Source of the DNA: Takakia lepidozioides
Taxonomy: Eukaryota; Plantae; Bryophyta
Direction: 5' to 3'
Length of the DNA: 64,000 bases
NCBI GenBank assembly: GCA_030704615.1
Contig: CM060734.1
Coordinates: 12,710,001-12,774,000, forward strand
A model generated the notes under the pieces. The model was not told the origin of the DNA, did no database searches, and worked only from the letters and a program-made list of their open reading frames with translations. The position numbers and the translations under genes are program-made. Numbering within the stretch: the first letter of the stretch is position 1; every line of letters begins with the position of its first letter. Below are positions 1 through 13,823 of the stretch, piece after piece.

Positions 1-2014
1 TGGACAACAATGACATATCATGTTTATGACCCTGAATCCAAGAGTCATGATAATTGCAGTGTTTGCAAAACATGCAATCAGAGATATTGCCAGAATCCCA
101 GCAGCTGATGTGAAATCTTTGATTCGTGTTATGGGATGCCATGGTGTCTCATCTCCAAAATTTTGCAGGATTCATGGCCGAAAGTGCTCAGGCGAATTTC
201 AATGCGGTTTGTATTGTCTTCGGATCGGGTGATCCAAAAGTGCCCATGCCGGAAAGAGAACGTACATGTCTTTTCCATTGGACACAGTCGATGGAAAAAA
301 CATACAAAGGCAGACATCAAGCCGGAGGAAGGGGAGAGATGCAGACTTGGCATCGCAGGTTGTGCCAAAAACAATACAAAGATGCCAAAACTATGGACAG
401 AGGCGAATAATTTGTTCCAAACCATTCGTGCCTGGTGGTTCTCGAGTCTGGGGCTGCATCCCTGGACAGTACAGAGCACTGGAAGACCGGCTTGCATTTG
501 GGCCCTTCCGGTTACAGGAAGTGGGGAGAGTGGGGGAGCATGCATACAAGGTACGTGCTTTGTTGCATGGAAAAATGGATCTTGGTCTCCTTTTTTTCCA
601 TCGTTGTTGTAGAAGTTCTGAAGTGTGTTTTCCCATTGTGCAGCACATGTCCTTTGAGGCGATGACGGACATGCATCTTACAATCTGGCGGCGACCGTGC
701 ACATGTCTGATTGCCCAACAATCAGGAGGAAACGGGAGAAGAGATTTGTATGTGGCGACAACCGACGGACCTGACGCGTGCTCTGATAGCAACAAACCAG
801 GTAACGGGAGTTTTGCGGGTGGGGTTGGTGGCAAAGGTCCAGACAAAAATGAGTTGATGTGCGGTGCAAGAAGATCAGGGGATACTGAGCACGACAGTGT
901 CAGGGCGGTGAGCCTTTATGCCCATGGAAACCCCTCTCGTGTCAAGAGTTCCACATTTTCTGGAAGGCGAGGAGAGATTCGACTCTTGCACGTGAAAATT
1001 GAACACCCCACTGGTTTTCGGATTTGGGATTCGCACAGGGTAGACAGAGACAACTTCTCCATGCCGCGTGTTCCCTTGCATCATAGATCCATGTCCGGAA
1101 CCAACACTGCGGAAGAAACTTCGTCACGACGCCAGGCCCCTGCATCTCCCTCTGTTAAGACAATAGTGCAAGAGAATAACATGCTACCCGATGTGGTGGA
1201 GTCCATGTGCCCCGACGACGTTTGGCACATAGAACGCACCGGTGCTGGGTCTCGGGTGAAATGTTCGGCGATCCGGGGGCACCATTTCAAGAAGTGCACG
1301 TCCTTCATATGAAGAGCAGTGCCTGGACTCCAGCTCCAACTGTCACTGGTTTGTTCCACCAATACGGCCAATCAAGGCCAAGAACCACAAAACCGGGTTG
1401 TAACGCTGATCACTATGGTAGATGCGTGCGTGGAACAGTGCGACCATCGGTGGTCATGAAGCCTGCTTCACCAAGCGTTTTGCCTGTGAAGGTGGGGACA
1501 GGTCTCTCAACTCAAGAGATTGCAATGCTGGAGGATGCGGGCTTTGCCCTTGAATGCAACGGACTGTGCGTGCAGGTGCATCGAGTTCTGCAAGTTATGA
1601 TTGATCCAGCAGATGCTCATTTGTGACCAAATAGACAGAATGGAAAGCGTTTCCCTCCAATTGCTGAATACTTCGGCAAAGTGGAATCGCAAGAAGCCGC
1701 AAGCTCGTGTGTGGCAGGCACAACGGAAGTTACTGATCTTAGTGGTATGGCCGGCTCTACAGAATGGTGACATCGACATCTGCTCTGCAGGACAAATCTT
1801 ACGACATCACTGTCTCGAATTTCTCCAATTGCACCTGTCCAGACTTTGTTGGCATGCTTTCAACAAGTTTGGGAAAGAGAGGAAAATTCATTCCATACAA
1901 ACAATCTTCTTGAAGAAGAGGATTTGTGATCCCAAGCGGGACATCTTCATCCACCAGGCCACTATGAGTTTCAATGAGGTGAATACAATATTACAGCGGG
2001 ATACAAGCACATAG
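1..2014 (+). mobile_element. Degenerate MULE-type/SWIM-finger transposase fragment (left end outside window)
   Basis: Frameshifted segments NFAGFMAESAQANFNAV..RTCLFHWTQSM (MULE core with CxFH-like motif), then TIRAWWFSS; a SWIM-like CTCPDF segment near 1830; many frameshifts and stops. Confidence 0.6.
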
Positions 2015-2028
2015 GAGCATCCATTAAA

Positions 2029-3225
2029 TGTAGTCATGGTAACTCGGAATTACCTACTTCTAGTTAAGTAGGACATTTTGGATATTTATATTTGTATTTT
2101 GTGTGTTGGGACTTCATTTGGTCTCATATGCCAAGTGAGGTGTCAAGCCTCACTTGAAACATGGGGATGGGTTTTCTCCTTGTGAGGGTTGAGGAGGGCT
2201 CATCTTCTTGTAGTTGAGCCTCCATGAGCCTCTCCCACCTCCATAGCTCTAGGTATTGAGAGGGAGTGTGGTGAGGGATTTGTAGGGTGGATTCCTTTAG
2301 CAAATGTGTCCTTGGCTTGACTTAGTTTATGTGATTGAGTGGATTCATGAGTGGAGTGTTTCCATGTGTGTTCACTTTCCATTATCACTACAAGAAGATG
2401 ACCTTATGCTTGTGAGTGCGGAGTGTAAGGATTAGTTTAGCACTTGTGTTGGTGTACACCAAGGAGTGAGAGAGCTAGGAGAGCTCAAGTATCTCACAAG
2501 GCTTGCAAGGTGTTGCAAGGGAGAGTGTTTTTGCATTGCATCAAAGAGGTGGAGAGCTCAAGGAGAGAGCTCTTGAGTTACAAGACTTTGCAAGTATTGC
2601 AAGGAGAAAGTCTTGTATGTGTAGAAACATTATTGTGCACTAAGGGTTTGAGAGCTTGAAAAATAGTTCTTGCATCACAAGAGAAATGTCTTGTGTGTGG
2701 AGAAGATAGGCACTTGGGTTTCAAGATCAAGCTCCAGTTGTTCAGATGGGGTGTGAAAGAGAAGCCAAAGAGCGGCACATGCTTGGGTTGGAAATACCAT
2801 AGAAGGAGGACAACAAAGATAGCTTGAGGAGCATTGAGTAGCTTAAGAGAAGCTAAGAAATGGTTGTTCTATCCATGGTGAAATGAAGCCAAATGGGGTT
2901 TCATTTGGTTGATAAACAAGCAAGCTAAAGCGCTAGAAGGGAGTGCTTTTGCTAGTTCTATGAGTTCTTGGATTGCTCTTGGTGAAGCAAGTGGTTGACC
3001 AAGTAAGTGACGCGTGTGTGGAGCATGCTTTCCAAGTGTGGCTTCCAACTTCAAGCTTGAGGAAAGCTAGAAGGTGAAGTGAGCAAGTTCATTCCTTTGT
3101 GCATGAGGTGGTGCATGTTGTGGAAGAGAAGCCAAGGAGCTACACAGGCTAGGGCTTGAAGACAACAAAAGCAAACACTTGGAGAGCATCAAGAAGCTCA
3201 AGATAACCCCAAAAGGAAGCATGTG
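2029..3225. mobile_element. LTR-like retrotransposon fragment
   Basis: Abrupt TG start (tgtagtcatgg) just after the transposase fragment; non-coding, repetitive caag/cttg/gag-rich composition typical of plant LTRs. No TSD or partner LTR found. Confidence 0.35.
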
Positions 3226-3399
3226 GGTGAAAATTCTATCCATGATGATGTAACTAGCATTTGTGCTGGCTATACCATCCAAGCACAAGCAATGATAACA
3301 GAGCTGTCCAGTCAAAGGACCAACAAGAGTAATGCAGCAGCCCATCTTGAGAACATCTCCATATCTGATTCTGAGGTGCCGGTGGCATTCTTTCCTATG

Positions 3400-5334
3400 T
3401 ACCTTGGAGATGTATAGATGTAACCTACCAGTACACTGACAAGAGGGTGGGCGGTAGCAGTATCACTAACCCTGCTGATATGCAAATTGTTTTTGGCTTG
3501 GCAAATCACCAACCTAATGGAAGTTCCGGCAGGCATAAATGTTGGCCCCACCATTCTGAAAGATGACATGAACCATGACGAGTCCTAGACTAGCCCCCTA
3601 ATTCGAATTTCTGTAAATCTAATCAGAGATCCTTACAACCAAATGGCTTAAATCTGCATCCGGGAATAAAGTCTTTCAAGTGATTGACCGCGTGATGTAA
3701 GAGCGGTAACATCATGAATCCATCATGAGATGCCGATAGCTTCGACCCCGTGCCAGCCGGTGCCAAAAATACCTGATGCTGTCTGCCGAACTGAAACTCA
3801 ACTTCTGTCTCACAAGCCTGCACACACAGTTCATAAGCTAAAACCCCTGCTTGTGGAGTTCTAGTACAATGTATGAGTGTCTATTCAGTGTCATAGGTAG
3901 GATGAATCTCTGGCAAAGACATGAACGTTTACAGAGAATAGTACCATCGAACAAGACATCGCATGATGCCAATTGATGTTGGTCTAATGTAAGGGGGGGC
4001 CCTTTGTTGATAGAGAAGACCCACCTGCCACTCCCAACCAAAAACACGTCATATATAACTCTAACCCTGGACACTTTTGAGCACACCGACTGGTCCAAGT
4101 TAAATGGAACAGACCTAATTCGCATGGGGGGAGGTAGCAAGGGAAGAAAGAGATGAAAGATATTTGCCTTCTGGCTATAAGGGTTAAGCTGACATGAGTG
4201 TTGTTGTGCAACTTGACACTCCCTCCTCCAGAAAGAAGAAAGGCCTCTGTTTGGAAACTTTAGAGGGTCTTTACAATTTTTTGTTGCATTTGTTGCTGCT
4301 TGCCCTTTCCGGCTATCTTGGTTTTGCTGACATGTTACTTGAACAAGTTCTATATTTAAGTTTGATCTTGGTGCCCCTTTCCTTGAAACAAAGCAGAGGA
4401 GAGGGGGCCCATGTGCACTAAAGGAAGCCCACCTCCACAAGCGCAAGAGCTGCAGGGTCATCCAAGAGCTCCTTGCCTTCACCTAAATAATTCACCTGCC
4501 ATGTCATACAGAAACTCAGGTAGGATTTCAAAGCAGGGCTGAAACCAAATACACTGGATGCACCTCATTATCTTTGCTGCAAAGATGGCCCAGTGGTTAG
4601 GGCACAAGGCTGCCTTGCAATGGTCACTGGTTCAAAAACCACATTAAAAGGGGGGTCATTGGTTTAACCAGTCACCTAATGTATGTGTACCTAGGGGCTG
4701 TTGAGTTGAAAGTGAAAGGTTTTGGGGTTAGAAGGTGTCCACCTTTCAAAATGGGAGGTAGTGGCAGGGTGAAGAGACACAATACTTTACGCTTGCTTTC
4801 ACAGGAGTCAACCTTTCTTTACTGCAGAATGGCACACTTGAGTTCTGCAAGGAGTGAGTTGAAAAGCTGGGAGTACCTCCACAATGGAGTGACAGCATAG
4901 TTTCTTGCCTTACATGTTCTTTGGGCAGGCTTGCAATGGCTAGTCCGTATAATCAATGCAGTGTTCATCATGGACACTCTGGTACACATACCAGTAAGAA
5001 CAAGCTGGTGCTTCCCCAACTGGGCCAGAAGAGAACGAAATTTCAAAGGCAACGGAAAGCGAAGGCAAGGATAAACATGTACGATGGCACACATGCATCT
5101 AGTAAGCTGATTTCCACCCACCCCAAACTCCGCTTTAGCCAGGGCCTGAATGAGGTCCATGATCTGCAACTGGGCCCGTTGGCGCTGCTTGTCCTTGTGA
5201 GGGGTTTTCGGTGGATGCCTCCAGGGTGCACCATGCTGGAGCACATGGCTGCTGATGTGGCCCAGCCTGGCTTTGTCAGCAAACTCCTGTAGTAACCCCA
5301 GCGCCACATCAATTGCTGGATCAACTGCTGTCAC
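3400..5334 (-). pseudogene. Putative multi-exon host gene or fragment of unknown identity
   Basis: AG/GT-bounded exon 5334-5122 (VTAVDPAIDVALGLLQEFADK..HGAPWRHPP..LAKAEFG); smaller AG/GT-bounded candidates at 4844-4813 (NSSVPFCSKE), ~4494-4433 (VNYLGEGKELLDDPAALALVE) and ~3817-3773. Protein family not recognised. Confidence 0.45.
4586..4640 (+). mobile_element. tRNA-derived SINE-like head (Pol III A/B boxes)
   Basis: A-box TGGCCCAGTGG (4586-4596) and B-box-like GGTTCAAAAACC (4629-4640) at tRNA-like spacing; no complete cloverleaf. Confidence 0.45.
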
Positions 5335-5499
5335 CTACAACATCAACAAACCAAATTGTGTCCTGTTACAGAATACTCATTACTAATTCCACAACCCTCC
5401 AGTTCTCACAATAAGTGGCATGCGCACACTCATCTATAGGTGCCACATATCCTTCTAACACCAGGGCAAGGAAAATTGGAGGAAGGAAAAATGTGGAAA

Positions 5500-5950
5500 T
5501 GTAACGATCAAACCTCTTATGGAAAGTACTTAACAACTAAGCCACCTCTGAGCAAGATAACCTCCCAACCTTAGAGACCTCTCTTGCCTGCTTGCTAAAG
5601 AGTACAGGATCCCTCTTGGTGCTAAGACTCTCTCAAGACTCAGAGTAACCACGTCTGATCGTCACGCTCTCTCTGACTACTTGTCCTTCTGTTCTCTGAC
5701 TGTGTTCTCCTCTCTAGCTTAGCACCAGATCCTTTAAGTACTCTTTGAGGTCTCACCCCCTTGCTCTTAAGATATCCAAGGCTGTAGCTATTCCTGATAT
5801 CCCTTCATGCTCTTAAAGCTTACTTTTTGCTTTACTTGGCTCTAGCCTTCTTTTAGACTTTTGCCAATCTTGACTCTTAAGAAGGGAAGCCACACAAATA
5901 AAGACGAGTAGCTTCTAAAGACCTGCAAATCATTAGGGTTCTAATTTAGA
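5500..5950. mobile_element. LTR-like fragment
   Basis: Purine-rich tract followed by TGTAAC start; CT-rich non-coding body. Right end uncertain. Confidence 0.3.
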
Positions 5951-7389
5951 TTATTATTTAGTTTAAAATGTTCATTTCATATTGCCATGAGAGTCAACTT
6001 AGTATCGTAGCCTGCACCATGGCCTGGAGCAGGCAGGGGGTTTACGTGGCCGCGACCAATACTAGCAGTTCCTACGCACAGGTAATCGATCTCAATGTAT
6101 GCTGGAGGTGTGATTATTCCACAGACTGTCTGAATCCTGCTGTAAGCTTGTAAGACTTAGTTTAGTGCACATGAAGAATGAAATATATCTGTCATCACTG
6201 GGCCATAATGCCACATTCTTGTGAAGACTCATCATTCTGCACTCACAAAACACCAAGGTCATCTCACTGATGCATCCTAAATCACGGCATGGAGACCATG
6301 TATTTACCTGCACATATGCCAAGTAGAGGTCAATGGAATCCTCCATGGTTGTGGAATCATCCTCTTTCATGAGCCTGTGAACATACCCCTTTCTTCTCCC
6401 GTTAGCAGAGTGCCAGCTTAGTCCTAAGTATGTTCAGCCAGACTTCTACAACATTCATGCTGCGTGGGTAACTGAATTGTGCTGGCAGAAATCCCAAGTA
6501 CTGGTCTTCAGTAAGTATGTCTCCCTTCTAGTGATGGGCAATGTTGGGCACTGAGCAACTGGGGATCATCAGGTTACCAGTTCTGGCCACTTATTGGAAG
6601 ACCTACACCAACAGGACTTGCTCTTTGTAAAGGAAATTTCTCGATAAGACCAAGTGCTGAGAGCAAAGGGACATGTCACATACTCAGAAAAGACATGACT
6701 GTCTTATGAACTGTAGCTCTACGAGATGGCGTGGATTGGGGCTCAGTACACCTGACACAACTCGCCACTGCACATTCCAAAATTCACAACTGGGTCAGTT
6801 CTTGTCCCTTTCACATATGATTGCATAGCACCTCAAGTTCAAACCATCAGATTAACTTGCTTGGATCCTTCTGTCTACTCAAGTTTTCCAAAAAAAATCA
6901 TCCTGTACAAGTGATTCCAGAGAGCCCTAACAGAAAAGTGGGACTAAGAAAAGACCTACCTCAGCTTCACTGACCACACCAGGGACCAAATGAAGTGCTG
7001 CTTCTTGCGGGGTCCATCCAAAAACCTGCTCATCCCTTTTCCCTTCCATGACGATAACCCTATTCCAAACTGGAGAATATTGAACATGGCATGCTTGCCA
7101 ATGCCCACTGTGGGATTCCAAAGCAGATGACATCTTGAGCCCAGGCTGGCAAATTACACATCCAAAAGGCCTGTCTCACAGCTTGCCCAGGCCCTGGACA
7201 GATTCTTCCTGAGTCCACTCTAAGGATTCCCGCAAGGCCAAGAACATATGAATAACAAGCTGAGCCAGATTACAGAAGGATAGCTTGGCTTCAAGTTGCC
7301 AAAGACATCCAAAGCCTGTATTCCATTATTTCACAATCGTATAGTGCTTTCCCTGCGAACGAGCCTCAAAACTATTGATTCTTTTCCTG

Positions 7390-7950
7390 GGGTTGATTCT
7401 AGTTTTTATTCTACATCTTTTTGGCGCCGCAGCCGGGGAAAGACGATGCGGTTTGTGATAATGATGCTTTAATAAGCTTTCAAGATATATATATTTTTAA
7501 GGTTGTTGAAGGAAGACGAGATGACAGGGGAAATCATTCGTAACAGTAAGGTTCCACCACCTTGGTTAAAATTATGTCCTTTTTGCAATCCACGGACTCG
7601 GCACAAAAAGGCAGAAATTCCGGAGTGTTTTTGGAGTCAAAGGAAGAAGGCTAAAACGAACCTTCGGGATTTGAGCCTAAGGAAGACGGCGATGTTAGCA
7701 CTGGCGATAGCCAAGGAGGAGCCGATCCAGCTCCCACCTAATCAAGAGGACCAGACAACAACACTTGAATTGTCTGTCGCAAGAAATCAGGGAGATCGTC
7801 TTGTGTTCTCGATAAAGAAAAAGGGGTTATGGGGAATGAGGGAGTCCCCTGTGAGAACGGAGCATCAGACTAAGGTGAGGGCTGATCGATTGGCAGTGCG
7901 GAAGGGGAGCATGCTCATTTTCCTCTGGCTGCTAATAGAAATGTAGACTC
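7390..7950 (+). mobile_element. Gypsy (Athila-like) LTR end, primer-binding site and leader/gag remnant
   Basis: CA-tctttt followed by TGGCGCCGCAGCCGGGGA at 7422-7439, near-identical to the Athila-type tRNA-Asp PBS TGGCGCCGTTGCCGGGGA; degenerate ORF 7503-7946 downstream. Confidence 0.55.
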
Positions 7951-9234
7951 TGTTGTGGAGCCTGGGAGAATTAACAGGCAATCAACTGTGCATCTGCTGA
8001 GACAGTAGCTAAATACCCTAGGCCTATGATATGTATCAGATATAGCCCCTTTCAGTGATTTCTAACGGAAATTTTGTGGCTACAAATGCATCACTGGTCA
8101 GGACTGATCCAACCTTATCAGGTCTAGTCTCCACAGTGAGAGAGAATCGAACTTGTTCTTTTGTGTTTCAACTTTCCCTCATTTCTAAGATCACATCAGA
8201 CCTTTACGAATACGCAACATATCCAAATTCATTTGTAGAAAGACCACCAGAACATTATCTACTCATACACGAAGTAAATTGGTCATAGAAAGTGGACTAG
8301 CCACTTAAGTGAGGTACAATCAAGCCTCAACAGGTGGGGAGGGAGGGCAGACCTTCGTCATCAAATTTATCCCAGTCATTCAAATCAGTAGCATTCTCCT
8401 GAACACTGCCTTGCCAACCTGTAGCACCAAATTCAACCCCTTCGAGTACCCTGGAAAAACTGATATCAAAGAGAAAACTTTCAGATAAGAAGGTCACTTC
8501 ACTACATAACTTGTTTCAGCATTGAAAAGGTTCCCGACCCTCTGCTTTTTGAAGTTTTAGGCTAAATGGTCTGCCACAACATGTGACAATGCACTCTAAG
8601 CCAATCTGACTCCCTTGTGAAGGTCTGTGTGACAGGAAACTAAGTAGATTAACAGGTATCTCAATTGCTAGAAGAACTCTTTAATTAAGGACTAGAAATA
8701 TAGCAAGATGATGAGTGGAAGAGAGTGTTGTACATTAGTAAGAAGAAAAACAGAAAAAAAAATATGAAGATTCTTCTCCGTGCTACACAGGGAAGGAACC
8801 TCACCAAAAGGAAGCTCAGTGGGAGCTGTTGTCCTGGCACGGATACCAAAATGCTTAGTTCGTTCATTCAGAGCTTTCTTTAAATCATCCATATCAGTTG
8901 AAATGTGGAGTGCACCTGACAAAGAATGAACCCCCATAAACTTCAAAACCTGAAATCAAGTTTCCTAACGACTGTCTCCTCAACCTTTCCCTGTGAATAT
9001 AGACTACAATGTACCCTCAAAGGGAAAAATCATCTGGGATACTAACCCTCCCAGACCCACCTGTGGGGTTCCAGTCCAAAGATATATGACTCAACCTGAA
9101 ATGAACATAGATAGCTGAAAAGGTGCTTACATGCAAGGGAGTGTTAATATACATTCCATTACACTAGTCTCACGATAAAATGCACAAGCCTGTTCGACAA
9201 ATTGTGCTTGCCGTAGCTTTCAGACACGCTCACC

Positions 9235-10565
9235 CACATTGGACTAAGCAGAATGGAAAGGATGAGGGGACACGCACACAACAATAAAATAAGAACTTTA
9301 TATCGTTCGCAGAAAGCTCAAAGAGCTTATGGGACAAGAGATTGTACTCATAAGACGTTGTTTGCCGTAGCCTTGTGGCCATTGACCCCGCGCCCAGTTT
9401 GAGCGGGAACAAAAGGGACAGAACCTACCTCTGTCAGGGGCTGACGTTGGTAGTAAGACTTACCTCCATATAAAGAATTAATCCGGGTTTTCCAGATATC
9501 CTCTAGAAATCCCTTCACACAAGCATCAATCTGCTGTGTGTGATTTGCCCAAAAACTAGGCCTCAGGAGGGCCTGGGCTTTTGGCTCAGCCTCGAGACTT
9601 TCAAAGTTGGTAAACAGGGGTACAGGCACAATTCCCTTAATAGATTTGAAGAGAGCGTCTCTTTGGTGAGAGAACCCCGGACAGTGTATCAGAAAATGAA
9701 TACTGTCTTCAGATTGCCCACACAACGGGCAATTGCACTCTCCCTTTCCTCTCTGCTTCTGTTTGCTGTTCAAAGGTAGGCTTCCTGCCCTGAGTTTAAA
9801 TTTCAGTCTAGTGCCGAGAGTGGGTAGACCCTTGAGGTCATCCAAGATGTCCTCCCCCATGTCACAGACTGGAAACAAGTTCAGGGAAGTTTTCTGCCTA
9901 ACTTCATTTTCATCAGACAATCTCATGGCAACAGACATGGCTGAGGACACTACAGCCTCTAAGTCAGATTTATCCAGCAGGGTCAAGACTTGTGGATCCA
10001 GGTCCAGGTCCTTGAGGATCTCTTCTACTCTCTTCTGCCAGGACTTAGCCTGTTTGACAGGGCGGTCCTGTTTCCAAGATATAGAGTCGATTAATTTAGG
10101 ATATCTGGTGTTGGGCATATGTTGCAGCTGACCCCACCATCTGACCTTGAATTCATCTCGTCGGGAGCTTAAGGACGGAATGCCAAACTCACCCCGAACA
10201 GCCACATTGACTGTTTTGGAGCATGCTGACATACACTCCTTAAGCACCCCCACTTGAATGGATTCTAGAGACTTAGCCTGGTTGGAGTTATCAACCCATA
10301 TGGGACAAGAGAGAGAGGGAGAAATGAAGATGTAGCATCTGAAAGCCTTTCAAGTGCAAAGAAATAAGCGTGCAGTAATGGACAGAAGGATGAGGGGGCA
10401 CACACAGAAATGACATGAAACTTCATAACGTCCGCAGAAAGCTCAAAGAGCTTATGGGACAAGAGAGAGAAATGAAATGAAATGAAATGGTACTTTATAA
10501 TGAGAGAAATGATGATGATAGCATCTGAAAGCCTTTCAAGTGCAACGAAACAAGTGTGCAGTAAA
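9235..10565. repeat. Old ~170-190-bp tandem duplication whose first unit is split by the LINE
   Basis: GGATGAGGGG..CGCAGAAAGCTCAAAGAGCTTATGGGACAAGAGA..TAGCATCTGAAAGCCTTTCAAGTGCAA occurs as 9260-9341 plus 10313-10378, and again at ~10388-10565. Confidence 0.75.
9342..10298 (-). mobile_element. 5'-truncated LINE (RTEX-like) with 14-bp TSD
   Basis: ORF 10253-9348 (KLRAGSLPL, CPLC..EDSIHFLIHC zinc motif) is near-identical to 41976-42881; TSD TATGGGACAAGAGA at 9328-9341 and 10299-10312; 3' end ATGAGTACAAT with no poly(A). Confidence 0.92.
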
Positions 10566-10610
10566 AGCCAACTGCAAAGGCAAAGAGGAAAAAAAGTGAA
10601 GGGCCCTTAC

Positions 10611-12499
10611 CACGCGTACAGATTTTACAACTTTGCTGATTTCCTTTACAAACTTATCATACACAGCAGCATGCACATAAAAACGTTCTGCATCTGCACA
10701 GTTTTGCCCACTAGCTTGTAATGCCCCTCTCACTGCTATGGGCACAATCTGCATGTGTAATAAATCATAAGTGTATATTAGTGTCTCAAAAATCAAAGTC
10801 TTGGTAATTGTCAGAGGAGAGAGAGATGTACTCATAAGATGTTGCTTTCCATAGACCCCACGTTGGACAGGACAAAAATAGCAAGGGAAAAGAAAGATGT
10901 ACTCATTAGTGAGAGACCCCATCTCTGTACCAGTTCTAGGTTGTTTACAAAGTAGGCCGTGCAAGGCTGTATTCCAGTCCCTGAATTGAAAGAGAAAAAG
11001 TAAGCAAAGGAAAATTGGTTATGGGAATGCCTGAGAGACATCTGTATCATCACAGACAATGAATGCATCTTTCCCACCAAGTTCCAGGACAACAGGTGTC
11101 AATGTCTTTGCGGCAGCTTCCATAACCTGAAAATAAACAGTACAGTGCATCTGAAGCCTCAAAGTATATCCATTCAAATGAAGAGTAAAACTTACAACTT
11201 ACATTTGGACAGATCTTGGAGGTAACAAGAAAGATCAGACGGGAAAGTAAAGACTTTCAAGACAAGCAAACGAACAAACCCACAGGACTGCAACCTTCTA
11301 GCTCCTAGAGCATGGACCAGCAGTGCTAGCTGAACACCATAACTCGCTTTCATCACTGATGATTGACTCAACTTTTGTACATATTGAGAACAACTTTTGC
11401 AAACAAAACTTTGCAAATAGTTCGAGGGAGCAATACCTCCAACCCACCTTCTGGCCCACAGCAGGAGACCCAACAAAAAAAACCTTGTGTACAGAGGTCA
11501 CCAAATCTTCTCCTGTCTCAGCAAACCTGCCACAAATGAACAGAGACTAAAACCTGCTAAATGACAGAGTCCAAAATAAATCTGGAATATTATTGTTATG
11601 TGAGCCGCACTGGCCCAGGCATGTGCAGTGACACATGCTGTTGCTTCCAATCTCCTGCTAAATACTGACAACACTTATAATTGCAAGGGTCCACAATCTC
11701 ATTCCCTTAAGACAGAGAAGATACAAACCGATAGAAGATTGCTTGTGTATAGGGGCAGAAAACTTAATTAGATCATCCAAACAGACAACTGGCTTTCTGC
11801 TTAGAAGTACTTGTGTTTCTTGAGTTCCTAACATAAGTGCTTGGAATTACATTTCAATGAAGACCAGGAGAAGCTTGTCCAGTCCTTCCACGAAGGAAGT
11901 CACCATCAACTTGTTCTGATTGAAAGATGAGATTGATCATCGCCACTCTCACGGATTATTCTGGAAAGTGCCAATCTAGGCCCCTTCTCTTTGGCCCCCT
12001 TACGAGAAACTGCCAAAACTAAGCCAGTAATCACTCAAAAACATTTCAATAACCATGGGTAATGAGCTTACCCTGTGACTACATGAACAAGGTCTTGAGG
12101 AGCTCCAGCTACCGCTAATGCCGCTTGGATAATGCGAAGGTAGAAGCACCCTGACCAACTTGCATGCTCTGACACCTTCCAATTTCATGTCCCCAAAATG
12201 GAAGGAACAATGTCTTAGATGCAAATGTGGGATCCACAAAAATAGCCCGCCCAACAAGAGTATCAACCTGTCAGAGAAAGCATCCAAGGAAGTAACATGG
12301 AGATAAAGACCCAAATCATGAAAATCTCACACTTTTCATGCTTACCTTGATAACAATGGCATTACCGGCCAAGACAGCTGCTACCATAGGGTTGAAGATA
12401 TTATGGAAGGGATAGTTCCATGGCACAATTGCCGCCATCACTCCCAAAGGATGGTACTCCACCCTATTCGACTTATATGGCATTACTGTTCCTGATGAC
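10611..12499 (-). pseudogene. ALDH22A1: Aldehyde dehydrogenase family 22 gene fragment, five consecutive internal exons: 12499-12346, 12175-12072, 11526-11448, 11126-11031, 10748-10611
   Basis: Spliced translation [32 protein letters not shown]|[23 protein letters not shown]|FAETGEDLV..FVGSPAVGQK|[27 protein letters not shown]..|..ALQASGQNCADAERFYVH. Phases are consistent. N- and C-terminal exons were not found nearby. Confidence 0.88.
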
Positions 12500-13469
12500 C
12501 TGCCGTTGCACGGATGTATAAGCATATCGACTGTTGCAATAAATAGCACAATAAAATTCCCCCCTCTCTCTCCAGTTTCACACTAGTGCCTCTTCCCAAT
12601 CTAGCCCTCTTTCACTTCTACCCATTTCCTCCATAAGGTTTCTATCTCCCTTCCTGCCCGCACCAACGAGCTCAGACGACAAAGCTATGACAAAGCAGTC
12701 TGATTAATACATTCACTACTGAGTGTCTCTACCCAAGATGCCTTCCTTGATATCCTTGTCAGGACCTTTGGTGTATGCGGTCCCTTGGAGGCCATAGCTA
12801 GAACTAACTCAAGACACTGGAACCAGCTGCGTCGTCGGAGCGTGCAATCTTCGCGGACGAATGCTTCTGCCCGCTGAGCACTGGACTCCGGAGCCCACAG
12901 CCCATAGAGACCATGGCCATGGCCACTGTGGAAGAATGGCCGGTGACTTGAGGGGGGAAATCTCGCTTCTCGTGTTAGTTGCCTTAACTTGGGCATCCAA
13001 AGATGTTTTTGAGATTTTGTGTACGGTAATATTTTTTATTTTTATTTTAGAGAAGGGAAACATTTGGGAGCTATAACGCACAAATTAGGCCCTTTGGTAA
13101 TTTACTATCGAATTACTTAATAACGTGGAATATGCAATTTCATAAAAGTCTTAGGGGGAGTGTAGGACTGGGTGTAATCTGAGGAGAGGTTCATTTAGGG
13201 TAGGCGTTATATGGGGAGGGTGTAACAGGGAGTTGACATATTTTTGACAGTGATGGGTAGTCTCCTCTTTAGGGAGGAGCCAATAAAATAAAATTTACAA
13301 GCATCATAAGGTCATAGTGCCTGCCCTTCCCATTTTCAATTGCTCGCCCCTCAATATTGGTTTCAATCACAACATCACCAATGACAGACTCCAATAGAAA
13401 GCAAAAAAAATGTTGATGAATGGGACAATAGGGGTTGAAGCCTCAGTCCACGATGGGACCTGCCTTTTG

Positions 13470-13823
13470 ACATACACAGTGATGCATCAGTCATAGCCAT
13501 TGGAGTAGTATTGGCTCAAAATGTCAAAGGGATGGTAGATTCCCAATCTACTACGCAAGAGGATATTGACATATGCTGAAAAGAATTACAACACTACGGA
13601 AAGAGAAGCATTGGCTATGATCTATGTTGCTCAAAAGTTTCGACATTACTTGTTGGGCAATCGATTTAAATTTATTGTGGATCACCAGGCCTTGGTTCAT
13701 TTAGCAAATCGACCACTAGCTAATGGTAGAGTAGCTCGGTGGTTACTACTTCCTCATGAATACGACTTTGAAGTCGTACGCAAGCCTGGTAGGTTGCACA
13801 TCATAGCGGATCACTACTCATAG
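13470..13823 (+). mobile_element. Gypsy RNase H fragment
   Basis: DAS..AIGVVLAQ, AEKNYNTTEREALAMIY..KFRHYLLG..IVDHQAL..GRVARWLL..PGRLHIIADH. Confidence 0.85.

Noticed and set aside
4586-4660. Functional tRNA gene
   Set aside because: Only A/B boxes are present; no convincing acceptor stem or full cloverleaf.
6000-9200. Remaining ALDH22A1 3' exons or identifiable genes
   Set aside because: No matching motifs seen; apart from the PBS region it looks like unassignable degraded retroelement sequence.
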